A DNA stretch of 63,866 bases. It comes from Glycera tridactyla. Lineage: Eukaryota. Below the pieces are notes generated by a model. That model did not search any database. It was not told where the DNA came from and saw only the letters and a list, made by a program, of their open reading frames with translations. Positions 1-12,735 of this stretch are shown in pieces; within the stretch, counting starts at the first letter, position 1; each line of letters begins with the position of its first letter. A program made the position numbers and the translations under genes. The stretch covers positions 76,136,001 to 76,199,866 of the forward strand of contig OZ286471.1 of the NCBI GenBank assembly GCA_965644265.1. The letters run 5' to 3'.

Positions 1-610
1 AATTAGATAGCTGCATTCATTGTGATGTTATCGGCCGGAAACCACATATGACCTTTTTGCACTCAAGTGACCTTGAAATCCGATGTAGCAAACCCAAAAT
101 CAAATCAGTTCTGTCTCATGGTACTGTGAATGGACACGTCGAGTTTCAATTAGATAGCTGAATTCATTGTGATGTTATCGGTCGGAAACCACATATGACC
201 TTTTTGCACTCAGGTGACCTTGAAATCCGATGTAGCAAACCCAAAATCAAATCAGTCCTGTCTTTTGGTACTGTGAATGTACTCACCAAGTTTCAATTAG
301 ATAGCTTTAGTCATTGTGGAGTTAGTGCCCGGAAACCACATATGACCTTTTTGCACTCAGGTGACCTTGAAATCCAATGTATCAAACCCAAAATCGAATC
401 AGTTCTGTCTTCTGTTATTGTGAATGTACACACCAAGTTTCAATTAGATAGCTTTAGTCATTGTGGAGTTATTGCCCGGAAACCAAAAAATCACGCACCC
501 ACGCACCCACGCACCCACGCACGCACGCACACTCATCCATAGCACATCCGCACAGAGGGTCAAGGCGAAAACATACTGCCCCGCTCGGGTAACCGAGGCG
601 GGGCACAAAA
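1..610 (+). mobile_element. Non-autonomous Helitron/Helentron-like (HINE/pearl-type) element, 5' part outside the window
   Basis: 147-bp tandem core (AATTAGATAG recurs at 1, 148, 295, 442), then a (CACG/CACC)n microsatellite at about 493-533, then a GC-rich hairpin TGCCCCGCTCGG-GTAA-CCGAGGCGGGGCA (577-605) followed by an A-run. This layout is known for bivalve HINE/pearl elements; the family assignment is inference. Confidence 0.55.
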
Positions 611-615
611 ATCCC

Positions 616-1245
616 TCTCATTACCAGATATGGACAGGGCATGCCGAATCTGACCAAAATCATGAAACGCAATTGGCATATACTCCAAAACTCACCGATC
701 ACCAGGGAGATCGTTGGCCAGAGACCACTAATCGCGTACAGAAGATGCACCAATATTAAAGAAATGCTAATAAGAGCAGAGGTACAATACCCCCTGCAAG
801 ACACCACCACCACACCACCCGCAATACCAGATAATAAATGCAAAAAAAGCAGCCTGCAACATTTGCAACGCACTACAACGAAACAAACTGTTCGTATGCC
901 CAAACACCAACCACACACACGAATTCAGCCAGAAAGTCAACTGCCAAACTAGCAATGTAGTTTACCTACTATTCTGCAAAGAACACAAGATGCAATATGT
1001 GGAAGAAACCAAACGTGCATTCAGCATACGCCTCAAGGAACATGAAGCAGATATTCGTCACCAACGAGACAAGCCGGTGTCAGCACACTTCAACCAACCG
1101 CACAGAAGCAAAGACAGCCTACAATACCACATAGTGGAAGCCATCCCAAGTCACCAAGACCAAGACACAACCGAAAAAAGAAGGAAGAGAGAAAGAAATT
1201 GGACTTATGTACTCAGAAGTTTCGCGCCTATGGCCTTAATAAAAT
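616..1245 (+). mobile_element. Penelope-like retroelement 3' fragment (linker plus GIY-YIG endonuclease), degenerate
   Basis: PNLTKIMKRNWHIL...PLIAYRRCTNIKEMLIRA, then NCQTSNVVYLLFC..QYVEETKR..RLKEH..PVSAHFN..RERNW across a frameshift (ORFs 641-952 and 990-1289). Confidence 0.8.
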
Positions 1246-1279
1246 GGGGAAATAGAATATGTTCATTTTATTTGTTCAA

Positions 1280-4200
1280 TTCCGATTAGTAGCTAAATAT
1301 TGCCCAGCAGTGATATGTCTCCAGGAAACCTTCATGCAAAAAGATATCGAACTCCGTGGATATATTACTTATAATATAAAAGCCACCATTGATCATGCAA
1401 ATCGACCGCATGGAGGTGTGGCTCTGCTTGTCAGGCAGAACATCCCACAATCACAGATCCCACTGACTACAACTTTGAAGGCAGTGGCTACCCGAATCAC
1501 ATTGGATAGGACAATCTCAATTTGTTCAATCTATCTTCCCCCTAGCGAAACTATTACTGTGGGAAAACTCAATAGAATTTACGATCAACTATCAGCCCCA
1601 GCCATAATGCTGGGGGACTTCAATGCACATGATGCTATATGGGGAGGAAAAAATTCTGACGCTAGGGGTGATGTGGTTGAAGAATTCATCAACCATAAAA
1701 ACCTAAGTATTTGGAATGATGGCGCCCCCACCTATTTTCACCCAGGGAGTGGATCTTTCACATCTATTGACCTCTCAATTTGCCATCCATCTCTTCTGCT
1801 GGATTTTACCTGGCAGACAGAAACTGATCCACATGGCAGTGACCATTTCCCTATCATACTGAGTAATGACAACAAGATCCCTGACAGGCTACCAACATGG
1901 AATCTCACAAAAGCAAACTGGACTATGTGTGACAGTCTATGTAAGGAAAAATTATCCAGTGTGGACATTTTGAGTGCAGATGATCCCATTCAAAACTTCA
2001 CAGAGATAATGCATGGTGTAGCGTTACAAACTATCCCCAAGACCTCTCCTTATCAAGGACAGGCTTCCAAACCATGGTTCAACGATGATTGCAGAGAAGC
2101 TATTGATGAAAGGAAACAAGCATTGAAAGACTTCTCCAGAAGACCTGCTGCGGACTTATTGACTGAGTACAAAGTACTGAAGGCGAGGTCTCGTAGGACA
2201 TGTCGCAGCAGTAAGCATCACTGTTGGAGGGAGTTTGTATCAGGACTCGATTCAAAGGCTTGGAACATGATTCAACGAATCCATGGAAAGGGTAGAGGCC
2301 CACGAATCCACCATCTAAAAAAAGATGATCATCTGATCACGCAACCTCAGGATATTTCGGAATCACTAGCATCACAATTTGCACAAAATTCATCCTCTGA
2401 GAATCACTCAGAGGAATTTCAAAATCATAAAGAAAAGGCTGAAGGAAAACAACTTGATTTAACATCTGATAATACAGAAGAATATAATCAGCTCTTTTCG
2501 ATGACTGAACTAGAAACTGCATTGAATGCATCCCATGATACCTCCCCAGGTCAAGATGACATCCATTATCAAATGTTGAGACATCTGCCAGCCTGCTCTT
2601 TGCAACTGATGCTTGATATCTTTAACCAAATTTGGGAGACTGGATGTTTTCCCACTTCATGGGCAGAAGCCATCGTCATCCCCATAGCAAAGCCAGGTAA
2701 GGATCCATTTGATCCTGTAAATCACAGACCAATAGCTATCACAAGCTGTGTCTGTAAGACCATGGAAAGAATGATAAATAAGAGGTTGGTTTGGCACTTG
2801 GAGTCGAATGAATTGCTAACACCATATCAGAGTGGTTTCCGGAAGGGCAGAAATACACTGGACAACCTGATAAGGTTTGAGACATTTATTCGTGAGGCCT
2901 TTGTTCAGAAGCAGCACTTAGTTGCAGTTTTCTTTGACATGGAGAAGGCTTATGACACCACCTGGAAATATGGAATTATGAAAGATCTACTCCAAATGAA
3001 CCTTAGAGGCAGAATGCCCATTTTCATAGAGAAGTTTTCGAGGGATCGGTCTTTCCGTGTCCGAGTTGGATCTACTTTCTCAGATAATTTCGACCAGGAA
3101 ATTGGGTCCCTCAAGGAAGCATTTTATCAGTTACCCTTTTCAGCATTAAAATGAATAGTATCGTTGAATGCCTCTCCCAGGACACCAATTGCTCCTTATA
3201 TGTAGATGACTTTCTTATCTGCTATGGAGCTAGACAAGTTCGGGTAGTGGAGAGGAAACTACAGCAAACCCTATACAAACTTCAAGACTGGGCGGACAAG
3301 AATGGCTTTAAATTTTCTAAAACCAAAACAGTTTGCATGCATTTCTGTAGATCAACAAGGCATCATGATGAACCTGAGCTCTTTCTAGGTGGATCAGCAA
3401 TACCAGTAGTGGAACAAACAAAGTTCCTAGGCCTGGTCTTTGACCGACGATTGACTTTCAAACCCCATATTCAGCAACTCAAAGTCAAATGCCTCCGGGC
3501 ACTTGACATGCTGAAGGTGTTATCCCACCTTGACTGGGGAGCTGATCGGGAAACACTGCTCATGGTTTACAGATCTCTTGTTCGATCTAAATTAGAATAT
3601 GGGTGCATGATTTATGGATCTGCATGCCCAACCAACCTCAAAATGCTTGATACAGTCCATAACCAAGCCTTACGCATATGCCTCCGAGCTTTTCGGACAT
3701 CACCTACTGAAAGCCTACATGTGGAAGCCAATGAACCTTCACTTCATCTACGAAGGATAAAGTTAGGTCTCCAGTACTGTCTGAAATTGAAAGCAAACCC
3801 ATCGAATCCAACACATGAGAGTGTCTTCAGGCCTAAATATAAACAGGAATTTCAAGAAAATCTCCATGTCATTGCTCCTCTTGGAATAAGATTCGAAAAT
3901 CACTTTGGAAGTTGTGACTTTGACACACTCCCAATATCACAGATGGATCCTGCTCAGATTGCAGACTGGGACTGTGACATTCCACAAATACATCTGGACT
4001 TGACTCAGTCCACAAAGGAGAACACCAACCCATTGCTATACAAAAGTAGATACCTAGAGATTAGGTCACGTTATAGTGATCATGAGGCCATCTTCACAGA
4101 TGGATCCAAATGTGACAGCAAAGCATCTGCAGCTGTTCATACAGAATCACAAACTTATTACTGTAGATTACCTGATTGGTCGACAGTGTTCTCAGCTGAA

Positions 4201-4877
4201 CTAAGAGCCTTACTAATGGCTTTCAAATACTTATCAAGGTCGGAAAAAAGTTCATAATTTTCACAGACTCCCTGTCATCTCTGCAGGCCTTGCAGGGAAA
4301 TCTCAGGAACTGTATACTCTTGCAAATCTTGCAAGAGTATCAAATAATCAAAGATCATCAAAAGACTGTCAGACTTTGCTGGATTCCGAGCCATATCGGA
4401 ATTCCTGGAAATGAGGCAGCCGATAAAGCGGCCAAAAGGGCTCTAGGTTTGCCAGTCACTGAGATGGAAATCCATTATTCTGACTTCAAACCAAGAATAA
4501 AGCTCTATATCGACCAACTCTGGCAGAATGAATGGGGAACCAAAAAGAGAAATAAATTATATCGCATCAGACCAAAATTGGTGGACAGATTCCCCGTGAG
4601 AACTATGAATAGAAGAGAGGAGATAGTACTTTCCCGTCTGAGGATAGGACATACATATCTCACCCATTCACACCTTCTGAAAAAACAAGGCAATCCTAAT
4701 TGCTTTGCATGCGGATGCCATCTCACTGTCAAACATTTATTGCTCGACTGTAGAAAACTATCGCAAACTGGAGTAAAGTATTACACTGTAGAAAATATGA
4801 CACAACTTTTCATGAAAGTCGATCCAACAGACATATTTGGTTATTTGCATGAATTGGGAATATTTAGACAAATATGA
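1280..4877 (+). mobile_element. I-group (I/Nimb/Loa-like) LINE ORF2: APE endonuclease, RT, RNase H, C-terminal Cys/His motif; 5'-truncated, two frameshifts
   Basis: APE motifs CLQET, GDFNAH, SIDLS, SDHFPI. RT motifs QSGFRKGR, FFDMEKAYD, YVDDF. RNase H motifs FTDGS, AEL, FTDS, WIPSH..GNEAAD. C-terminal RLRIGH..C..C..H..C. Frame breaks near 3104 and 4244. Confidence 0.93.
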
Positions 4878-4879
4878 AT

Positions 4880-5103
4880 CGTGTGCATGCTAACCCAGTG
4901 CATGCCGACTGGGATATCAAAGGCCGGCCGTGTATTTAGGAGCCTTTTCCTTCACGCACGTTAAAGATCCACTGCTGTCTTTCGCAAAGAGTAGGGACAG
5001 CCCCCGGCATGCAGTGACTCTTTTTCTTCAGCATTTTCAGTTTTTCAGTCCGATATAACCCAAGCGGTTTTAAGTGACGTTAAACTAAAACAAACAAACA
5101 AAC
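4880..5103 (+). mobile_element. SINE-like family A 3' segment with (AAAC)n tail, directly after the LINE stop codon
   Basis: Homologous to 27795-27996, 39615-39826 and more distantly 55510-55610. Ends GTGACGTTAAACTAAAA(CAAA)n. Confidence 0.7.
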
Positions 5104-7419
5104 CTCCGATCAATTTTAAAATCGTTCAAAGTCTTTTAGCTCAATTGAAAAAGTTCCAAACTGGCCAAAAAGTTAAAGTGGATCAAAAACTCAAAGTGAG
5201 GCTATCCAAAATGGCGGACGTAAATCCAAAATGGCGGATTGTTTACATCCAACCGATCAGCAAGAAAGATCTAGATCGGTCTGAAACTTGTCCACAACAT
5301 TTCAAAGCTCAAAAAGAAAGCAAATTCAGCTGCTTTTCTTTGCATAAACAAACCGTTTACAAACACCGAATTTTGATGGCCAAAAAATTTTCCAAAAACA
5401 TTTTCCTTCAAGAGTAACGTTCAACGTGACATAGCACATCATTCAGCATTAAAATCTCGAAGTGGTCACAAGTGACAGGTTGGTCTCAATAGAGAGGTTT
5501 TCCTCTAAAAGTAGGTCACGGGGTTCAGGATCAAATCACGAGACTCAGGGTGCTTAGGGAGGATCCGTGCTTAGGGTACTCAACGCTTAGGACAGAAAAT
5601 GCGCTGTAGAGAACCGGACAAGTCCGTAAAAAGTCTAGATTCAAGTCTGGCATATTCCCCAACAAAAACTGAACAGATTGAAAGGTTCTCTGTTAGAATG
5701 ATTGAGAGGGACAAGAAACATCAAATCAGCTGTGCGTGCTATTTGTGACCAAAAGCATGGCTTCACCTGAGCGGTGACCTCGTCAGTACAGACATGACAT
5801 TGAGCACTATTGTTGGGGCTGCCAACTGATGTCGATTTCCAGCTCTGCGCACATGGACTAGGCTGAGCTTCTGATACCAGAACACACAGAATTTGAAAGA
5901 GATAAAATGCTGTTTCTGTCTAAAACATTCATTAGAAAGTGTCTTTACATTGAAAACACTGCAAAATGTTTGCCTATTGACACAGTCGGTGCCACAGTGA
6001 TAGAATTGAATTATTCAATACACTGCATCACACCATGCTTATTTCGGACATATAGGGCTATATCGAGAAGTTCAGTAGTTCATTTCGAACGCTCCCCTCA
6101 CTCAGCAAATCCAGCGAGTTCAAGCGTCTTTCAGACAATCTGACAGCACTCTGCTTAGCCCTGTTCCACCCATACTGGCGTACTGCGCCGGGAACAACAC
6201 TGGAAGAACACGGCCCAGTTCCTGGTAGTTCTTCTAGTTCCACATGTTCCAGAAAGTTCCACATGTTCACCGGAACAGCACAGGGAATTCACAGACGGCC
6301 ACAGACGGTATAAAACGGAGAATGGCTAATAAATGCATGGGGCATGGGGCATTTTACGGGGCAATACTTTAAGCATCCAAAATATCCGAAACACAGTTTC
6401 ATGACCATGTATGCTTGAAAACGAGTATTATCAATGCAAAGCATAGAAAATCCGGCAGCATGTTATGGCATGGTGCTAAAATGGCCAGAGGAGCAAAATG
6501 TTACAGAGCTCCTAAAATATGCAACCTATCAGCTCCTACATAAACTGACAAACTCAATCACTGACTTACTTTGTGCACAGGTTTTAGTTGTCAAACTATG
6601 AGGGAAGCATCATCTTATCCAACGCAGCTATGTTGGATGGGATAGATGACTTTCCCTTGCTTCTCAACCGTAGGTGCGCTCTCTCCAGGGTAGAATCTTC
6701 AAGAGCCAGTCTCTCGGCAGTGAAAGGTTTTATAAAGCTACCCTGGAGAGGCAAGCAGGTACGTTGACATGAGCGGGAATGTTAATGTCAACCCCCCCCA
6801 AACCAGAATGCTTCGTATAGACATGCTTTTCCAGCTGAACAGATCTATTTCAGTCGGATTTCTAAAGAAAGTATGTCACTTTCCAGAGCGGAATCTCTGA
6901 CTAGACTCACAGGGATACGTTCAGGGAACCTCACAAAAGACAAATCGAGACGACATCCGGCCTCGAAATGATACAAAAATCGAGGTAACTTTTCACCGAC
7001 TAGAGATACATTCTCCTAACTTGATATATGATTCGGCCCCGATATCATAGATATCATATAAACTTTTGGACGTCCTAACTCCATTTTTGAAGAGATGGCG
7101 CCTATTTAACCGATTTCACCTAGATTCATGACAAGTAGGGCTCCAACCGAGTTCGCAACTTCATAGACGCATACCTCGATCGCTAGTTGCCATGACAACG
7201 TATTAGTCAAAATACTTTAACATTTAGATGGAAATAAACGCATCACACAGAAATACGGTGACTTATATGTGATAAAATGCGTTATTCACCCATCTAATGA
7301 GTTTATTTCCCAATCTCAGGACTGAATAATAGTACTGAGGGCCTCAAAAGGAAATCCGCGGATTTCGCTAAATGGAATCCCTATCGTTCTCATACTAGTT
7401 TCTGATAACACGCGTGGTT

Positions 7420-7530
7420 AGTGTTACAATAGTATTTTTAACAGTAAATGACCTCTCTATAAAGATCACCTGCCTATAAAGACCACTTTTTGATGCGACC
7501 CAAGGCAGTCTTCATAGACAGGTTGGACTG
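7420..7530 (+). mobile_element. Partial Tc1/mariner/pogo-type MITE (CAGTCGAACC family)
   Basis: Right TIR ...TAGACAGGTTGGACTG|TA and AAAGACCAC subrepeats shared with the copies at 43596 and 46021. Confidence 0.65.
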
Positions 7531-8088
7531 TATTTTAATTTTCATCCGGACTTGGTTGAATGGCAACGACGCGGTGAAACCTGCGACGAGAGATCGGCCT
7601 AGATATCACACAAAGTGGTCTGTCATAGGTGGTTTTTGGGCCGAGGTATGTTCGACTATGTCAAGTAGAAATACTGCTGTGAAGAAGCAGTCTCTCATCA
7701 GGGGTGGTCTCGTCGCAGGTCTGAGAGAATGGATGGATAAGTAGAGCTATGAGTATCTAGCCCCCGAACTTGAGGTAACAACATGAGGAGAGAGCCAGAA
7801 AGAGATTAATATACAGCAGTCAACAGAAAGCTGAAGCTTCCACACCACATGCTAGGTATGTTAATTTGCCTGATCATCAAAATGACAGCATTTCATTTTT
7901 GACCTCTTACAGTTCATTATCTATTTCAGGGTTACAAAGGACATAAACAGGTATCAAGAATGGTAAGATATCCATGTACCTCATTTGCTCATTAGTACAA
8001 GATACATTTAATCACAATGACTCTGATGACAGCATGGGCAAATTGTGACCGCTGAAGGTATAATGGGCAACTGTGTGAAGTCAATGTA

Positions 8089-8196
8089 GTTGGTTGGTTG
8101 GTTCTGGTTTAGAGTCACGTCAGCACCATCTGGGCTATATTGTGACGCCCATGCAATAGGCATGGGTGGGATCTTCCAAGACTCCTTCTTGGTCCC
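8089..8196 (-). mobile_element. SINE-like family B 3' fragment
   Basis: Reverse complement of GGGACCCAGAAGGAGTCTTGGAAGATCCCAC..CATGCCTATTGCATGGG..AATATAGCCCAGATGGTGCTGACGTGAC..(AACC)n. Confidence 0.7.
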
Positions 8197-8363
8197 AAAC
8201 TGAAGGTGAATATATGTAAAATTCACACACTCGAGGTGTAATTTCTGGGATAGAATTAGAGGTGGTACAAAAGCCTAACCAAGCAGATCATAGTTAAGTT
8301 GACTGCATACCTGAAATGGCATCTTGTGGGGCTGTGATTTTCATATCATTTCACCTTCCGTTA

Positions 8364-8475
8364 GGGACCCAGAAGGAGGAGTCTTGGAAGATCCCACTCA
8401 TGCCCATTGCATGGGCGTAACAATATAGCCCAGATGGTGCTTACGTGACGTTATACCAGAATCAACCAACCAACC
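8364..8475 (+). mobile_element. SINE-like family B 3' fragment; further copies at about 8636-8745, 20838-20968, 23484-23550 (-), 31102-31218, 33163-33275 and 41188-41290
   Basis: Conserved GACCCAGAAGGAGG.GTCTTG..GATCC.ACTCATGCCCATTG.ATGGG.GT..CAATATAGC.CAGATGG core plus (AACC/AAAC)n tail in at least 8 places. Confidence 0.75.
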
Positions 8476-8949
8476 ATTAAGTTGACTGCCTTCAGCATGA
8501 ATTGAAATTCTCATGTAAAATTTCGTGTATATTTGTGCCTCCGAGATGAGGGAAAATGATTCCCCATGACCTGTTCTATCACCCGAAATGTCGCCTTGAG
8601 TATCCACTAATTTGATGAAATTCTACCTTCCCTTGAGGACCCAGAAGGAGGTGTCTTGTATTATCCCATGCCTATAGCATGGCTATCACAATATAGCACA
8701 CAGGGCGCTAAAATTACGATGAAACCATATCCAATCGACCAGTTCATTTCAAGAGGAATTGTTGATCATATAGATAGGAGATGTGAAATATAATTTCATG
8801 AAAAACGTTCAGCGCTGACCACCTGTCAAGTGGTATACTCGCTCCATTAATGTAGTTAATTCATATTCATGCCATTCATATTCAGGATACTCAGAAATGG
8901 CACCTTGAGGTCCGATAATCGCCTGGGGAGAGATTGAATTTGTCACAAC

Positions 8950-9370
8950 AGTCCATGTTAGAATGTGTCGAGTTGATCTATATCCTTTCTAAGGAGGACC
9001 ACCACCTCAAGCCCGTATAGTGGCCGTGGCAACACGTAAAGTGAGTAGATCTGATATGAGACCATGGGCTCCGGGCTTTTGACCCTATGGAAGTCAGTGC
9101 CTAGGAGTGAGCGGCTCACTGTCAGTATCTGGGATTGACTTGAACTTCCTCCCAGGTCAGACGGAGGCAAAGAACTTATATACCAACTTCTTTGACGGAG
9201 GCAGGTATATAAGTTCTTTGACGGAGGCAAAGAACTTACGGAGGTGAGTAGAAGGGTCCATCTGGGGATGGCCACAGACATTACGGAAACCCTCAAATGT
9301 GTGCATTATGTGACGGACACCCACATCGCGTGCTGTGGTTGGTCGCGCTCCATCAATTTTAAGTAGGTTA
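8950..9370 (-). mobile_element. RTE/RTE-X-like LINE RT C-terminal fragment, degenerate
   Basis: SLLGTDFHRVKSPEPMVSYQIYSLYVLPRPLYGLEVVVLLRKDIDQLDTF resembles the post-RT region (..Y...V.P.LLYG.E) of RTE-type LINEs. Confidence 0.6.
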
Positions 9371-10653
9371 ATCAAATATTCGGTGGTACTTGGTCATACA
9401 TCTGTACATGTACTGGATGGTCGTGTGTGATTCGTCGTGAATGTGGCCACCATATGCCTGGCGATCACAAGCTCTAGAAGTCAGATAAGGACAGCTAGCG
9501 GCCGAGGTTCACCTCTACATGGTGTTCGTAGTCCACGACCGAATATCAGAGTCCACGGTTTTATCACAACGCACCCGCTAACCCGGTCCATCTCCGCTCA
9601 AGCCTGGCACCTGGCACTTCCCATTCCGTGCGCTGGCATCACCCATCGCGGCCGTGATCATATATTCAACGTGAACGTGAGTACTTGTGTATTTTATGCC
9701 TGTAACTGGCAAATATAGCCAGATCGCTCCAAACCTGTCTACTGCTCTTGCTTGTCTACTGTCACGAGAGACTGCGCGTACGTGCGCGCACGCGCTACAG
9801 TACAGTGGCCTAGTTGCCTCAAGTGTCAGTAGGCGTCCCTGAACACGACTCAGTTCCCTACGTCGCCGCTAGAGCCCCCCCCCCCCCCCCCCGGTCGCGA
9901 AAAAATCATGTCTGAGTTGAAGAGACGTTAAGCCAAAGTCAATCTATCAATTAAAGCTCGTGTCAATCCGAGGATTCGCGATGACACATCCAGGGAGAGG
10001 GGGTTTTATTCCTCTTATTTGGTCGGCCTCATTCATTCAAGATGTGGCTGCCCTCATCAATGGATACATGGCTTCCACATTCCCACCTGGGTCTGCAGTG
10101 TCGGAGGCTGCTACCTGCATCAGTACCTCCACCTTGTAGATCTATGATTTATCACGAGTGCACGAAAATAGCATGAATGAATGGTGAATCGGCATGTCAC
10201 GGTCTGGATCACAACCTCGAATCTGACTCAACAGTGGTGATGTACATCCATCGCCGCAAAACAGCTGGGATGGAACTTTGTTTGTGATCCTATCACTGTT
10301 TTATCTTCCGTCAAGAACATTGATCAGGGATGTGATTGGCCGGAAACTAAAAACCCTGACAATCTGACCGGAGGCACTTTTCAGCAAGACTGAAATTGCT
10401 GACTAATGGCGAGTACTACTCCAAACAAACTCTTTGCTCTATCTCGACTAATTCTGGTCCGATTTCCATGATCTTACCTATCACCTGTTGTATCCTCGTT
10501 CCCATATGTAGTGATTCGCCCATTTCGAGACAGGCAGCCACGCCGAGAGGTAATCTACTATCAGTTGACCTCCACAAGTTCACTGCGTGACTGTCACACT
10601 AGTCTCACATCAATCAATCAATCAATCGAGTGATCGACCAAGTAGTCAGGTGA

Positions 10654-11461
10654 ACTCTGTCAAATCCAAATGTGGCGGGAACGTTTCAGACGCCAACTTC
10701 GTCAATTTTCGTCTGATTTGACTTTTGATTGCAGGAATGGATTGTACCGGTCTTCCGGCGATTATCGGACCTAGTCTCGGGTGTTATGTATGCTTGAGAA
10801 AGAGTCAAGAATAACATGATGCAAGGCATCAAAGTTCGCCTGCAAAAAGTGATCTAGACTCGCTCGAGGAGCGTTGCGTATACAGGGAAGGCCATTCACC
10901 AGGCACGAGCTGTTTGCCGAGAGCCAACCACCCGCATGATGGATTACTAATAATGCGCAGCAGAAACGCATGTTTGGTGGTGTTGTCATGGGGATTTCTT
11001 TCAAATTCTGCTGTATACACCAGTAACAAAATATGTGGCGTTGAGTAGAAATAAAGTATGGTAATATAGTATGGTTCTGCTGGTTTGCAGTAATTATAAG
11101 TCACGGGGGATCATTAGATGCCCATGAGACACCATCTGAAATAGGTACGTAGAAACACATGTCACCGACCAAACCCCATATCAACGCCTGCCCGCCTTGC
11201 AGGCGCAAATCACGCCGTCATTCCATTGCATTTTTGCGGCGAATTTGCTGCCATTATCGGCGAATATTTGTATACGAAACAGTGACGATGGGGTCGTCCT
11301 ACTTGCGTGAAATTGACATATTTGGCGTTCTAAGGTGAAATATGAAAGGGAACATCAACGTTATCAGTCGTCGGATATGTCTGTGAGTCTCATTTCAATC
11401 CAATGCGAATTCGCGATGGTAGTGCGAAACACGTACCCGCCACGGTAAAGTTTGACAGACT
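10654..11461. mobile_element. MITE family D (TIR ACTCTGTCAA...TTGACAGACT), long copy; other copies at 27139-27478 and 40638-41076
   Basis: Three copies start ACTCTGTCAAATCCAAATGT.G.GGG.ACGTTTCAGACGC.AACTTCGTCAAT and end TT(G/A)ACAGACT. TSD not resolved. Confidence 0.7.
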
Positions 11462-11519
11462 TTAGTCGATCTATCAATCAATCAGTCAATCATTATCCCT
11501 TCTTTCTGCTCAATTGTAG

Positions 11520-11660
11520 ATGGGCGGCTGTAAAAACTGTCTTCTGGTATGCACGGTGATGCTGGCACTAGGTGTCGCTGTTCTACTCAATGTCACCGTA
11601 CCAAAGGGCTTCCAGGAGCCGCTCAAGCTCCGTGCCTTGATGGCTACTGCAAAACTCGTG
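11520..11660 (+). CDS. AADAC-like coding exon 1 (signal anchor, MGGCKNCLLVCTVMLALGVAVLL...KLV)
   Basis: ATG preceded directly by a pyrimidine tract and AG (11518-11519). Donor GTAAGT at 11661, phase 0. Confidence 0.8.
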
Positions 11661-12561
11661 GTAAGTGTGTGTGTGCTTCTGACAGAGTGTGAGGTATTCC
11701 AAAAGTGTGATATCTTAGCAGATTTGGGGATAGTCTGGCATAGTATGGGATATTCCGGCAGCATGTGGGACATCCAAACATTGTGTGATATTCTAGCAGA
11801 GTGGCGGATACTCTGGCAGCATGTGGGATATTCCGGCAGTGTTGGATATTCTGGCAGAGTGTGGGTTATTCTGACAGAGTTCGGGATATGCTGGCATAGT
11901 GTGGAATACCCAGGTAGAGTGTAGGATATCCCAGAAAAGTGTAGGATATCCCAGCAGTGTGTGGAATATCTTGGTATAGTGTGTGATATCCTGGTAGACT
12001 GGGGGTCATTCCGACAGTGATATTCTAGCAGAGTGTGTGATATCCTGGCATAGTGTGTGATATCCTGGTAGAGTGTGGGGTATTCCGACAGTGATATTCT
12101 AGCAGAGTGTGTGATATCCTAGTAGAGTGGGGGTATTCTGACAGTGTGTGATATTCAAGCAGAGTGTGTGATATCCTGGCATAGTGTGTGATATCCTGGA
12201 TGAGTGTGGGGTATTCCGACAGTGATATTCTAGCAGAGTGTGTGATATCCTAGTAGAGTGGGGGTATTCTGATAGTGTGTGATATTCAAGCAGAGTGTGT
12301 GATATCCTGGCATATTGTGTGATATCCTGGTAGAGTGGGGGTATTCCGACAGTGTGTGATATTCAAGCAGAGTGTGTGATATCCTGGTAGAGTGGGGGTA
12401 TTCCGACAGTGTGTGATACTCAAGCAGAGTGGCATATATCCGGGTAGAGTGAGGGATATCCCTGTAGAATTCGGGATATTCTGGCAGAGTGGGGATATTT
12501 GGCAGTGATGTGACACCCACTGGGATATCTCAGTGACATTTTCTGAATGCTCTATTTTTTG

Positions 12562-12633
<72 letters not shown>

Positions 12634-12696
12634 CACATATTGACAGATAGAGGATGCGCATGGAGGAGGAGGGGACCAAGAAGAAAGAGATGGGGA

Positions 12697-12735
<39 letters not shown>

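Noticed and set aside
1-484. 147-bp period as evidence of nucleosome positioning
   Set aside because: The length coincidence alone is not evidence, and tandem nucleosomes would need linker DNA.
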